Shown in pieces: positions 12,946-25,944 of a stretch of 64,000 bases of DNA. The stretch is from Raja brachyura (lineage: Eukaryota), in NCBI GenBank assembly GCA_963514005.1, contig OY740812.1, positions 7,316,001-7,380,000 of the forward strand. The letters are read 5' to 3'. Numbering within the stretch: the stretch's first letter is position 1; every line of letters begins with the position of its first letter. Below the pieces are notes generated by a model. It had not been told where the DNA came from. It saw only the letters and a program-made list of their open reading frames with translations, and made no database searches. A program made the translations under genes and the position numbers.

Positions 12946-15105
12946 CATAGTTAGTTCTGCTAGGTAGTTAAAAGACATAGGGAGAGGTGCGTGGATAGGA
13001 CAGGTTTTGAGGGAGGTGGGGCTAGCGTAGATGGAGCATCTTGGTTGGCATGTACACATTGGGCCAAAGGACATGTTTCTGTGCTGTATGACTCTATGGT
13101 CCTGATGGTCCATAATTTAGATCTAGTGATGATCTAGGAGTAGCAATGATGTCTGACCTGGAGATGAACCTGTACTTCCCACATGCCTCATGTTTATGTC
13201 TTCCTCAGTCTCAATGGTGAGAGAAGCTGGAGCAGGAGCCTTTTTTGGTCAGTTGCTTTGCTGCAGAGACTACTGACTTGCCAGAAATCAAGGAATTATG
13301 ATATTTTGCCAAGTCAGAAGATTTTATGACTTGGAACGGAAGTTGGGTTTTTGAAGGTTTGTTTTGGAACTCTCTCTTATCATTTCTAACCTTCCACTGA
13401 AATAACGTCACGCTGTGGACTGGCCCCTTGTGCCGAGAGTTCTTCATGCCAGCGTGTGTCAGAGGAGGAGATCTGTAAAAGTCCAATAATCTGGGACTCC
13501 CTGGACTACGTGGACAGGTGGGGTTTGTGGACTATTGGAATTTACTCTTATTAATACCCCACGCACGTTTAAAGTTTTTTTTTTGCATGGTAGCTAGCAA
13601 TATCAAAAACTTTCCAGTTTAGAGGGAGTGCAGGAAACTGTGCCTCCATAACTGTAGAGGGGGCAGGGAAACACGATCTCTGTGAGTTTAGAGAGGGGCA
13701 GGGAAACAGCACCAAGTGCCAAACCATCAGGGTTTACTAGCATGGAGACACGAGGAGCTACAGATGATGGAATCCTGCGTAAAACACAAAGTGCAGGAAT
13801 AACAATGGGTCAGGCAGCATCTCTGGAGGACATGGTTAGGCGGTGTTTCAGGTCAGAGCCCTTCTTCAGATTGGCGAAGGGTCCCGACCCGAAACAACTC
13901 CTACCCACGTCCTCCAGCGATGCTGCCTGACCGGTTACTCCAGCAGTTTGTGTTCTACACATGATTTACTAACAGCTGGAGAGTGAATGATTTAGAGTTT
14001 TATTCTAGTTTGTTGGTAATGTAGCAATTAGCAGGGCAAGTTACCAAGGTGTACTGAGCTGCTAGAGTGTATTTACGATGATCTCACCTGCCTTGGAGTA
14101 TTTTAGTAAGGCAGAGCTTCCAGTTCCACGTAGCATCTTAAGGGCGTGCTACAGGGATGTCATGGTACATTCTGCACGTATGCTGTGAGGTTGTAAGCAT
14201 ACCGTATGCATCTGACAATAAATGTAATTTGAACTTGAACTTGTTATGTGAGGGCCCGCTGGAGCAGCAAAAGCAGAATCAGTTTATATGCACCATTTCA
14301 TGAGAGGTAATTTGAGATATGATATCTTCTTGGTAGATTGCCTCGTTTGAATCAGCATTTATTGGTGCAGCAATTATTGCCTCATAGCTCCAACGAACCA
14401 GGGTCAATTCTGACTTTGGATGTTGTGATGCACAAGGTTCCATAAATTATGCCATTGTCATTTCTACACAGTAATGACATGGGCCACTATCTGATGCTTC
14501 CTGTCTATAATCTGGAAACTGGAGGACCTCAATGAGTCAGGCAGCATTGTGGAGGAAATGGACATTCCTGGTTAGGACACTTGGAGTTGTTGAGAGAAAT
14601 CTGGAAAAAAGAGTTAGATGGATCACTTTCAGAGCTTTGCCCCACCGCATCTCACTTTTCCGACTTTGTTAACCCCACCAGTCTGGGGAAGTGACCTGAT
14701 CCGAAAGGACATCTGTCCATTCCCTCCACAGATGCTGCGTGACCCGCTGAGTTCCTCCAGCCTTTTGTGTTTTCCTCAAGATTCCAGCATCTGCACTTCC
14801 TCTTGTATTGATAATCTGGAAACACAACAGCACACCTCCCTAGGCAGAGGCAGGGGGGTGTATCATCCATCAGGCAGGGCGAAACCACTGTGTAGGAAGG
14901 AACCACAGATGGTGGTTAAAACGGTTCGGGTCACGATCCTTCGTTTCTCCAGAGATGCTGCCTGTCCCACTGAGTTCCTCCAGCATTTTGTGTCCATCCA
15001 GGGCTATACCATCATTTGCCTGTTGATTTAGTGTTGGCCCTTTGCAATGGAATTCCCATAATCTAGCTCTTTATCTTTCCAGACCCGTTCCGCATGTTCG
15101 TCTAA

Positions 15106-15447
15106 TGGGCCTGTCCCACTTACGCAACTTGCTCGGTGACTGCCGGCACCCGTCATAGGTGGTTGCAGGTCGCCGAAAATTTACGACATGTTGAAAATCC
15201 AGCGGCAACCAGAACAAAGTACGACTCTTTGGGCGACTACTCACGACCATACAGGCTTCACCCCGTGACATGTCGTCAGGGTGTCGCCTGTTTGGTCGTG
15301 AGTAAATCCCCTCAGTCGCCCAAGGAGTCGTAGCGTCTTTCTGATCGCCGCTGGATTTTCAACATGTTGAACATTTTCGGCGACCTGCAATGACCTATGA
15401 CGGGTGCCGGCAGTCACCGAGCAAGTTGCGTAAGTGGGACAGGCCCA
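15106..15447. mobile_element. PIF/Harbinger-type MITE, almost entirely self-complementary
   Basis: About 55-bp perfect TIR (TGGGCCTGTCCCACTTACGCAACTTGCTCGG...) extending imperfectly inward; TAA on the left flank, right TSD not preserved. Confidence 0.8.
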
Positions 15448-15543
15448 CGACATCCACGGCAGAGAATATGCTAGGAATTTGTAATGATAAATGTAGTAAC
15501 AGAACACCTAGTAAAGAATAACAGGATTGGGGACAAACACTGA

Positions 15544-15687
15544 ACGGCCTGTCCCACTTACGCAATTTATTTTGGTGACTGCCGCCACCCGTCATAGTCG
15601 CAGCAGGTGGCTGAAAATTTTCAACGTTGAAAATCCAGCGGCGACCAGAAAAATCGCCGAAAAAATCGCTTAAGTGGGACAACCCTT
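15544..15687. mobile_element. Internally deleted derivative of the same MITE family
   Basis: GGCCTGTCCCACTTACGCAA ... TAAGTGGGACAACCCT termini and shared internal blocks. Confidence 0.7.
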
Positions 15688-17119
15688 AAGAATTTATGAA
15701 AGGGAAATCATGTTTGTTTAATCGCTTTTCAACTACTGGGTGTCTAAAATAAACTAGAAATGCTGGAAATACTCGGTGGTCAGGCTGCATCTGTGTGAGT
15801 TAATGATTCAGATCAAAGGCAAAGGTCTGTGTTGCCAGTATTTTCTGTGTTTGGTCATGTTTGTCAAATCTACTGGAGATTAATTGAGGAGGTGACGTGT
15901 GGAGTAGATTAGAAGGAAATAGCGAATATGTGCAATTAGATTTTTTTTAAGTCAAGTCCACTTTATTATCATATGTATATGTACACTGGGGTGCAGGTAC
16001 AATTAAATCTTGCTTGCAGCAGCATCACAAGCTCAAAGATACAGACAGGACGCTGTTATAAACATAAATTATAAGGACATAAGTGATAGGAGCAGAATTA
16101 GGCCATTCGGCCCATCAAGTCTACTCCGCCATTCAATCATGGTTGATCTCTCCCTCCTAACCCCATTCTCCTGCCTTCTCCCCATAACCTCTGACACAAC
16201 CCATACTAATCAAGAATCTATCTATCTCTGCCTTAGAAATATCCACTGACTTGGCCTCCACAGCTTTCTGTGGCAAAGAGTTCTACAGATTCACCACCCT
16301 CTGACTAAATAAATTCTTCCTCATCTCCTTCCGACAGGAACGTCTTTTAATTCTGAGCCTAATTATACACATATTACTCAAATTTTCAAAAAGACTTTAA
16401 ACAAAAAAGACAATTAGAAAAAAGTTCATGACAGAGCAAAAGGAGTTCTGTTGCCAAGATAGGATTAGGGTTGTGCGGGTTATTTCATGATGATCATGAT
16501 AATCGTAGCAAAGTAGTTGTTACTCAGTTTGATAGTGTGGGACGTCAGGCTTCTGTACCTGTGGCCTGATAATTTTCAGAAGATTTTTGATAAGATCCCA
16601 CACAGGAGGTAGATCAACGTGAATATGGATTAAACTAGCGTGGTTGGGAATCTTGGTCAGCACGGACAAGTTGGGCCGAAGGGCCTGTTTCTGTGTTGTA
16701 TGATTGTTTGACTGTAACAAGGTTAGAGTGCAAACCATTGGAGCAATACAATGAAGATAGACACACAATGCTGGAGTAACTCAGCGGGACAGGCAGCATA
16801 TCTGGAGGGAAGGAAGGGGTGACTTTTCGAGACCCGAGACTAGTCTAGGGAGAGGGAAATGAGAGATATAGACGATGATGTATATAATATAATGGTACAG
16901 ATTAAGAATTGATCAATAGACAGGAAACAAAAAGTAGGAATGTGGGTCTCTCAAGTTGACTGGCTGCAAAACCGCAGATTTATGATGCTTATCCCACAGC
17001 TATTCTTAATTTGTGCCAACATCTTTGGCTGAGGAACCATTGATCACTTCAAAAAGTTAGCTGACGGTACAAAGGTAAGTGGGGTTTATGAGATGGGAGG
17101 AAGTTGGAAAAAAAAAGCT

Positions 17120-17710
17120 TCAAGGTTTAAGGAGTTTTATTTATTGGTTTATTGTAGCCTGGAATGCGATACAATGAAAACTTTGTTCAGCAAGCTATCC
17201 AGGTATAAAACCCCCGTACACGATTACAATCAAAATATACATGAGTAGCACAGGTCGTGCACAAGAGCGAGGAAACCCAGTGCAGAATATAGTGTTACAG
17301 CAGCAGAGAAAGTGCAGATTCAAAAAAAGTACAAAGGCTACATCGAGATAGATTGATCAGTGAGAGGCCTGTTCAAGAATCCGATAACAGCGGGAAATAA
17401 GCTGTCCTTCAATCTGCTGGTACGTATGTGCTTTCAAATGTTTGTATCCTCGACTTGGGAGAAGAGTGAGTTGTCCTTGATTATATTGGTTGCTTTCCCA
17501 AGCCTGCCATTGAAGTGTGGATAGAGCTGATGGGGTGGAGGTGGGCAGGGTAAGGAAACCGGTGTGCGTGATGTCCTTGGTTGCGCCCCAAATTCTCTTC
17601 AATTTGTCGCTTTCTTGTGTGGAGCTGCGGCCAGAACAAGCTACGATGCATCGTGAAAGGATGGTTTCTGCGGTGTATCTAGAGAAATTGGCAAGAGTCA
17701 TTTGAGACAT
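17120..17710 (-). mobile_element. Degenerate Rex1/Babar LINE 3' fragment
   Basis: ORF 17357-17710 (TLANFSRYTAETILSRCIVAC...LPSRGYKHLKAHT) aligns by eye with the Rex1 ORF at 60347-60772. Confidence 0.7.
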
Positions 17711-17892
17711 ACTTGTAGCTTAGAGATCCAATGCGGAAACAGGCCCTTCGGACCACCGACTACGCGCTGACCATCGACCCTCGTACACTAACAGTATCCG
17801 ACACACTAGGGACAATTGCTTTCCATTTTACGTCAGTATCAACATTGGAAGATGAATGGCCTAAACATTGGGTTGGAAAATAATGGTCGTCA

Positions 17893-18178
17893 CAGCGGCA
17901 CAGAGATAGAGTTGGTGCCTGACAGCGCCAGGCACCCTGGATCGTTCCTGACAACGGGTGCTGCCTGCAAGGAGTTTGTCCGTTCTCCCTGTGGCCCCAT
18001 TGGTTTTCTCCGGGTGCTCCGGTTTTCTCCCACATTCCAAAGACGTGCAGGTTTGTAGGCTAATTGACGTGTAAATTGTCCCTAGTGCGTAGGATAGAAC
18101 TAGTGTACGGGTGATTGTTGGCCGGCCTGGACTTGGTGGGCCAAAGTGCCCGTTTCCACGCTGCGTCTCTGAAACTAA
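17893..18178 (+). mobile_element. HE1/V-SINE (diverged), with an inverted SINE tail fragment at 17718-17812
   Basis: V-domain TTTCTCCCACATTCCAAAGACGTGCAGGTT and CR1-like tail. Confidence 0.75.
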
Positions 18179-20022
18179 CAGGCATTGTACCAACAATGAT
18201 CGCCCTCCATTCAGTTGCCCAGAGGTCAGATGTCCCTTTGTAAAGCAGGGTCACAGATAACATCTAGTGTCAAGAGTTAAATATATGCATTGGACGAGAG
18301 GCGAGTGCTGTAGCTTTACCGGCACAATTAGGATGTTCCAGTGTGATCTAGTACCATAACCAGAATGGAAAATGCAAGGAGGATTGAAAGGAGAAACGTG
18401 CCAAGTTCAGCTAGATGTCAGGCACATTTCCCCACAAATATTTGAATTATTTCAAGTATTTCATTAGATCGAGAGCATGCGACAAGGAAACTTATCAGAC
18501 AATGTCAAGAATATTGATAAGATACTTTGTGAGTATTTCACGTTGGCTTTTTACCAATCCATCTACAGATGGCCAGGTCACATTTTGTGTCATGGCATTC
18601 ATTTATCAGTCTTTAAGATCCTAATCGATTAAAATGTCTGCCTTTGGAGCGGGTCTTCAGCTTACCCAAGGTCAAGTTTAAATGGTGTTTGTATCGTGTC
18701 CAAAATGGACGGGAAGTTATAGAGTTATAGAATCTTATAGTGTGGAAACAGGCCCTTCAGCCCAACTTACCCACACTTGCCAACATGTCCCATCTACACT
18801 AGTCCCACCTGCCTGCATTTGGCCCATATCCCTCTAAACCTGTCTAAACGTTTCTTAAACGTTGCGATAGTACCTGCCTCAACTACCCTCCTCCGGCTGC
18901 TCGTTCCATACACCTACCACCCTTTGCGTGAAAACGGTACCCCTCAGGTTCCTATTCAATCTTTCCCCCTTCGCCTTAGAGTCTCTGTGCATCTACTCAT
19001 CATTTTGTACACCTCTATAAGGTCGCCCCTCACCCTCCTGGGTTCCAAGTAATTGAGTCCTTGCTTGCTCAATCTTTCCCCATACTCAGGCCCTGTAGTC
19101 CTGGCAACATCCTCGTAAATCTTCTCTGTACCCTTTCCAGTTTGAAAGTTGCCGAAGGCTTCTAGAATTGGGCTGGTACAGAATATTATTGATGTTAAAA
19201 CAATAAGGTACAGCAGAGTAAGGAACTGATTGCTTCTGATGCCTCAATTGGCGACCCCACGCTTCATAACCACCCTCATCAATGAGGCTTTTCTCCTAAC
19301 CTAGACCTCTAGTTATTTGTTGTCACCCCAGAAACACAGAAAATAGGTGCAGGAGTAGGCCATTCAGCCCTTCGAGCCCTTCGAGCCAGCACCACCATTC
19401 AATATGATCATGGCTGATCATCCAAAATCTGTACCCCGTTCCTGCTTTTCTCCTTGATTCCGTTACCCCTAAGAGCTAAATCTAACTCTCGCTTGAAAAC
19501 ATCCAGTGAATTGGCCTCCACTGCCTACTGTGGCGGAGAATTCCACAGATTCACAACCCTCTGTGTAAAAAAGTGTTTCCTCATCTCCATTCTAAATGCC
19601 TTACCCCTTACTCTTATACTGTGGCCCTGGTTCTGGACTCCCCCTAGGGACCACATATCCTAATTAACCCACAAATAACCCCACATCTTTGGGTTGTAGG
19701 AGGGAACCTGAGGAGACCCACGCAGTCATAGGGAGAACGTGCAAACTCCACGCAGACAGCAACTGAGGTCGGGCTCGATCCCGGGGTCCCTGGCGTTGTC
19801 AGCCAGCAGTTCTACCCGCTGTGCCACTGTGCTGCTCTCAGGGTGAAAACGTTTTTCTTCATCTCAGTCCTAAATGGACTACCCCTTATTCTTAAACTGT
19901 GACCCCTGGTTCTGGACTCCCCCGACATAGGGAACATTTTTCCTTAAGAATTTTTTTTTTTTTTAAGTGGCGCAGCGGCAGAGGGGTGCGGATGGCAATT
20001 AACAAGCACAATAAGATGCTTG

Positions 20023-20159
20023 TGTTAAAGAAGGAACTGCAGATGCTGGAGAATCGAGGGTTACACAAAAAGCTGGAGAAACTCAGCGGGTGCAGCAGCA
20101 TCTAAGGAGCAAAGGAGATAGGCGACGTTTCGGGTCGAGACCCTTCTTCAGACTGCTTG
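20023..20159 (-). mobile_element. Neptune 3'-end unit, young subfamily B, solo copy with 15-bp TSD
   Basis: ACAATAAGATGCTTG at 20008-20022 and 20160-20174; about 2 mismatches versus 63152-63283. Confidence 0.85.
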
Positions 20160-20346
20160 ACAATAAGATGCTTGACTTGGGGATAGTCAGCCAACAATGA
20201 GTCATTGCTTGTGGAATAGGCTTTAGTAGATTGCGAATTAGAGCTCAAACATCGCATGGAAGTTGATGATTTGGTGAGTGTATGGCCATTTTGGTGAACA
20301 GGGTGCTGTTAAAGGAAAAAGGTGACATTAAAAATAGATTGCTGGA

Positions 20347-21045
20347 GTGCTGGCCTTTATAAATCAGAGCATTGAGTATAGAAGTTGGGATGTAATGTTA
20401 AAATTGTACAAGGCATTGGTGAAGCCAATTCTCAAGTATGGTGTACAAGTATGGTGTACAAATTATAGGAAATATGTCAACAAAATAGAGAGAGTACAGA
20501 GGAGATTTACTAGAATGTTGCCTGGGTTCCAGCACCTAAGTTACAGAGAAAGGTTGAACAAGATAGGTCTTTATTCTTTGGAGCACAGAGGTTTAAGGGG
20601 GGACTTGATAGCGGTCTTTAAAATTATGAGAGGGATAGACAGAGTTGACGTGGATAAGCTTTTCCATTGAGAGTAGGGAAGATTCAAACAAGAGGACATG
20701 ATTTGAGAATTAAGGGACAGAAGTTTAGGTTTAACATGAGGGGGAACCTCTTTACTCAGAGAGTGGTGGCTGTGTGGAATGAGCTTCCAGTGGAAGTGGT
20801 GGAGGCAGGTTCGACTTTATAATTTAAAAATAAATTGGATAGGTACATGGACGGGAAAGGAATAGAGGGGTATGGTCTGAGTGCAGGTAGATGGGACAAG
20901 GTGAGAGTAAGTGTTCGGCACGGACTAGAAGGGCCGAGATGGCCTGTTCCGTGCTGTTTACGACACTGCATTTCGTTGTCTCTGTATTGGACACTGCACA
21001 ATGGCAATTAAAGATTGAATTGTTATATGGTTATATGGTTATATA
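20347..21045 (+). mobile_element. CR1 LINE ORF2 C-terminus and 3' UTR
   Basis: ORF with LKLYKALVKPILKYGVQVW...IERVQRRFTRMLPG...LRGDLI; (TTATATGG)n tail. Confidence 0.9.
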
Positions 21046-21332
21046 GATAGAAGTTTGTAATTCCAGGTACAATGGGGCTTTGTGGCCAGTTGCAGCTCGG
21101 ACTGTGGAGATGGTGCCAAAACTCTGCCGATTTGCATACAGACTCAGTGGTCTGTTCCTGTGCATGATGTACTTAATCGGGGTTTGTACTTGGGTATGGT
21201 AATAATCTTACTGGACCGTATGCAAAAAAATTATTGGTAGCGGGCGGGGTCGAGAGAAACACTTCTGCCAAAGACGAGATGGAACCTCGAGCAACTCTTG
21301 ATGGAGATAGAAACAGAAAGGACTCTCAGAAG

Positions 21333-21551
21333 AATAGACACAAAATGCTGGAGTAATTCAGCGGGACAGGCAGCATCTCTGGAGAGAAGGAATGGGTGAC
21401 GTTTCTGGTCGAGACCCTTCTTCAGTCCGGGTCTGAAGAAGGGTCTCAACCCATTCCTTCTCTCTAGAGACGCTGCCTGTCCCACTGAGTTACTCCAGAT
21501 TTTTGTGCCTATCTTCTGTTTAAACCAGCATCTGCAGTTCCTTCCTGCACA
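21333..21551. mobile_element. Inverted dimer of Neptune subfamily-A units
   Basis: Two opposed arms meeting at CTTCAG-TCCGGGT-CTGAAG; flanking repeat GAC(T/C)CTCAGAAG. Confidence 0.8.
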
Positions 21552-22720
21552 GACCCTCAGAAGGTACCTGTATTGTCCCTTGAAGGGCCAAATCCTATAA
21601 GGATGTAGTTTGAGATCCAAGATTACTCTAAATGGGATTAATCTGAAATCCACATTTGGCTGGCATCGATTCGATGGGCTGAAGAGCCTCCTGTGCAGCC
21701 AGTTTTGTGGCTTATAAGAACTGTAAGCCTGTGGGGTGGGTGGTGTCTGCCTTCTGGGTTTTCAGGCAACTGATTTTCTAAGTTTGGGAGTGGGTAAACC
21801 TGTGGATTATTGTGCTGAGCAACTGTGTGGGTAATTGGGATGTTTAACATTCTAGTTCAACTGGTCTGAAGACCCACATTTGTGTTTAGGTCCCTCCTCA
21901 GGTTTTTTTTGTTCCCACAAGGAGGTTCATAAATCCCATAAAGAGAGGAATATAAACGCGCAGGTTCAAAGGTATTCTGGGTCATTAGGCTTTCAATAGT
22001 TTTCATTTGGAATGATTACGGAGCCATAAATTTCAGACAACCAGCGTTAAAAAAATCCCATAAAGAAACATTCCACACATCCTACTAAACTGTCACTGCC
22101 TGACTAAACAAAATAAATCTTGCAAGTGATTGCAATCTGTGCCTCTAACTCACCGGACAGACCGGACAGAAGGGGAAATTATTCACAATGAAAAAAAATC
22201 TGTATTTCCCTGCGTTTCTCAGCGTCCATGGATCTGTGTTCCAAAGACATACGACATAGGCCTTAGAGCGGTACAGAACAGGAATAGGCCCTTCGGCCCA
22301 CCATGTCCATACTGAACATGATGCCATCTCCTTTAGACTGCATGTGATCCATGTCCCTCTATTTCTGTATATCTGTGTGTCTATGTACAAGCGATTTACA
22401 TTCCATTATCGTAACTGCCCCCACCACCACATCTGGCTGATACTTCAATCTTTCCCTCTCAACTCCATTCTCCTGTCCTCGCCCCATAACCCCTGGCACC
22501 CTTACTAATGAAGAATCTGTCAATCTCCGTCTTATAAATATCCATTGACTTTGTCCCCACAGCCGTCTGTAGCAATGTACCCACGATCCATTTCCCTCCA
22601 CTTCCATGTCCCTAACTAAAAGCCTCTTAAACGTCACTGTCGTATCGGCCTGCAGCACCAGCTCTGGCAATGTGTTTCAGCCTCCACCATGACTCTGTGC
22701 AAAAAAAAAACACTTGCTCC

Positions 22721-23106
22721 GAGGTGTTAGGGTGGATTCCCTATATGGAGGACGCTTGTGAGGTCTTTGTTTAACGTGGGGAGAGCCAGGCAGCCACCGC
22801 ACGGTCCTTGACAGATCAGGGTCAGGATCCAGTGGCATGGAGTCCAAGATGACTGGAGACCCTCTTCTGCTGAAGCCTTCATCCGCCTTCCCAGCCGTTG
22901 TGACGCTCCACTAAGGTCAGCCATCGCCCTCCGCCTGTTCCACCGTTGAGGTCTTGGTTGGATCGCTCTTTGTCAGAAACCCCTCCCCCTCGACCTTACC
23001 ACCATGGGTGGCCCTACCAGGAGCATCGCTCCAGACGGCATCGCTCTCAGGATCTCAGGGCCACACAAGTTCTCCACCACAACAAGGTGACAATCCACGG
23101 AGAATC
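22721..23106 (-). mobile_element. Non-autonomous element resembling an RTE-clade (BovB/Expander-like) 5' UTR, inserted in a CR1 fragment
   Basis: 10-bp TSD CACTTGCTCC (22711-22720, 23107-23116); motifs CACCTTGTTGTGGTG, AGGGCCACCCA and TCTGACAAA recalled from RTE 5' UTRs. Confidence 0.7.
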
Positions 23107-25539
23107 CACTTGCTCCACACATCGCCATTAAACTTACCCCCTCTCGCCTAATATCTATGCCCTCTAGTGTTGGGCGTTTCCACATTGGGAAAAACGGGTC
23201 AGTCTGAAGAAGGGTCTCGACCCGAAACATCACACATTCCTTCCCCCCAGAGATGCTGCCTGTCCCGCTGAGTTACTCCAGCATTGTGTGTCTATCTTTT
23301 ATGGGAAGGAACTGCAGGTGCTGGTTTACACCGAAGATAGTTCTGACTGTCGACCCTGTTGTGGTTAGAGAGAGGAAATTAGGTTGCATAAAAGAGTGAA
23401 TTAGCGGTGGCATTAGCGGCTTTGACATTTTTCTATTTGGATGGATGTTTTATATCTTGCGTGCGTGTGCTGTTGGCAGCTTGGGAACGTACTGTTATGT
23501 ACTGGTTGAACAGGACTGACAACCCAGAAACCTTCCAAGGGTTAATCAGTCGTTGAATTGCTGTGAGCTCCACACCTGCGATTCCAGTCTCACAGTCCAT
23601 GGCAGACGATCAGATTTACCATCAGGTGCCACGGGACCACCTTCCACGGGCAACTGTGCATGGCATGGGCAGTAAATCCAGAAAATATTTGAAGACTTGT
23701 GCAAAGGAGGAGGAATTTTCCAGGTCAATATCTCTAAAACCGCATTGACAGTCTGTGCTTGGATATTTGGGTAAGTAGAGTTAAGATCAAAGGTAGACAA
23801 AAATGCTGGCGAAACTCAGTGGGTGAGGCAGCAACTATGGAGCGAAGGAATGGGTGATGTTTCGGGTCGAGACCCTTCTTCAGACTGATGTGGGGTTGGG
23901 GGGGGGGTGACGGGAAGAGGAAAGGAAGAGGCGGAGAGCTGGGAAGGGGCTGGGAAGGATGGAGAAAGAAAGGGAAAGCAAGATCAAGATCAGAGATGAT
24001 CAAAGTCAGTGGTAATGTGTAGGAAGGAACTGGTCTAAATCGAAGATAGACACAAAAAGGTGAAGTAACTCGGCGGGTCAGGCAACATCTCTGGAGAAAA
24101 GGAATTGGTGGCATTTCGGGTCAGACAGTCTGAAGTAAGATGGGTCTCGGCCCAAAATGTCACCTATTGCTTATCTCCAGAGATGTTGCCTCACCCTCCG
24201 AGTTACTCCAGCTTTTTGTGTCAAATCTTCAAATTAAATAATAGAACAGGCTCAATGGGCTGAATGGCTGACCACTGTGTTTGTGTTGTCAAAACCACGT
24301 AGCAATGCTGCACCTATTTAGTGGAGAGGTTTTCTCGTCCAATTCTCTACCGTGTTTTTGTACAAGTTTTCTTGTGAAATGGTGCTTTTGACAAGCAACA
24401 GCTCCACATTTAAAACTTGCACAAAGGATTTTGGTTGGAATGGGTGTGATTCTAAAGCAGGTTCCCCCACTTTTCATTCCACTCTTCTGCAATGTGAAAG
24501 GGAGGTCCAAGGAGTTCCCCTCCATTTATCAGTTCGGTTGCAAGTGGCGGAAATCTAGTTCAGAATCTCACGCACCATTGCTGCAGAATGAAAAGTACAG
24601 TCAATTATCTTGTGTAGACTGAGTTTTGTTTGACGGTTGTTATGGTTTGTTTTTTTCCCCACCCAGTATGAATGGACTTTGTATAACTTTCTCCAAAAAC
24701 TCAGCATTAGGTTTCTCGTGTATTTATCTGAAGACTTGCATGAAACGCACCACTAACTCTTTTCCTGCCAACGCACTGTCAGAGCATACAAAAATATTTA
24801 TCGAACTTTAATCAAATCATTAGCAGGAATAATTGCGGTGGCAGGAAAGATACGGTCACGAAAGGTGGACGCTTTTTTTCTAATGAATGCCCATTCCGCC
24901 CTTACTTAACACACGCCTGATGTTCGCTTAGTATCAAAGGTCATGGGGAGAAGGCAGGAGAATGGGGTTGAGGGGGAAAAGATCAGTCGTGATAGAATGG
25001 CGGAGTAAACTCGTTGGGCTGAATGTCCTAATTCTGCCCCTAGAAGTTATGAACTTATGAACCAATGTGGTAACTTTCCGGGGCATCGACATGTATCTCT
25101 TCAAGGCTACTGCAGCAATATCTTCCACAAAGAGCTGAGGGCAATGGACGTGCCGAGACCGATCATGGGCAATGGAGGGGACTGGGACACAAAATGCTGG
25201 AGTAACTCAGCGGGACAGGCAGGAGAGAAGGAATGGGTGACGTTTCAGGTCGAGATTCTTCTTCAGGAGGGGATCGGGAGCCGCTCCTGTAGAACAAACA
25301 CGCGGTAATCCGGACTTTATGAAAGGGTGCCAAATATGGCAGAACTGGCATTATATGCAAAATGCATTTCGCTGTGTAATTTAATTGCATAAGTGACGAT
25401 AAATATATATTGAGCCATTGGGAATACCAGACCCTACAGGTTCCCCTCTGAGTTGCATATGGTCCTGAATTGGAAAAATGTTCCAGCGTTGATCTAAATC
25501 CAGGTACAGTTGGAGCTTTTTTTCTTTGGAACTGGTAGA

Positions 25540-25920
25540 AATTAGATTAGATTAGATTAGATTAGATTAGATTCAACTTTATTGTTATTGCACATTTACA
25601 GACAACAAAATGTGAACCCTGCAGGTCATAACACAGAACAAAACAACGAAACACACACTCGACACAGTTCAACATCCACCACAGTGAGTCCACCAGGCAC
25701 CTCCTCACTGTGATGGAAGGCAAATGTCTCAAAGTCCTTGTCTCTTCCCTCCTTGTTCTCCCTCTGCGCTGAGGCGAACCAGGCCTCCGATGTTGTGACC
25801 CTGCCGGGTGATGGCAAGTCAGTCAGTCCCCGCAGCTGAATCCGAGCTCCGCAAACGGGCCGGTTCAAACTCCGCGGCCCGGGGCAATCGAAGCTGCCGA
25901 ATAAGCTGCCGAAAAAGAAA
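25540..25920 (-). mobile_element. GC-rich SINE-like element with stem-loop and (AATCT)n tail
   Basis: Same core hairpin as 1-263; ends ATAACAATAAAGTTG(AATCT)n. Confidence 0.6.
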
Positions 25921-25944
25921 AATGTAGGAAAACATAAGAATAGA

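Noticed and set aside
23599-23748. Short ATG ORF (MADDQIYHQV...) before a strong donor
   Set aside because: Stops before the donor and has no recognisable domain; retained only as a possible non-coding exon
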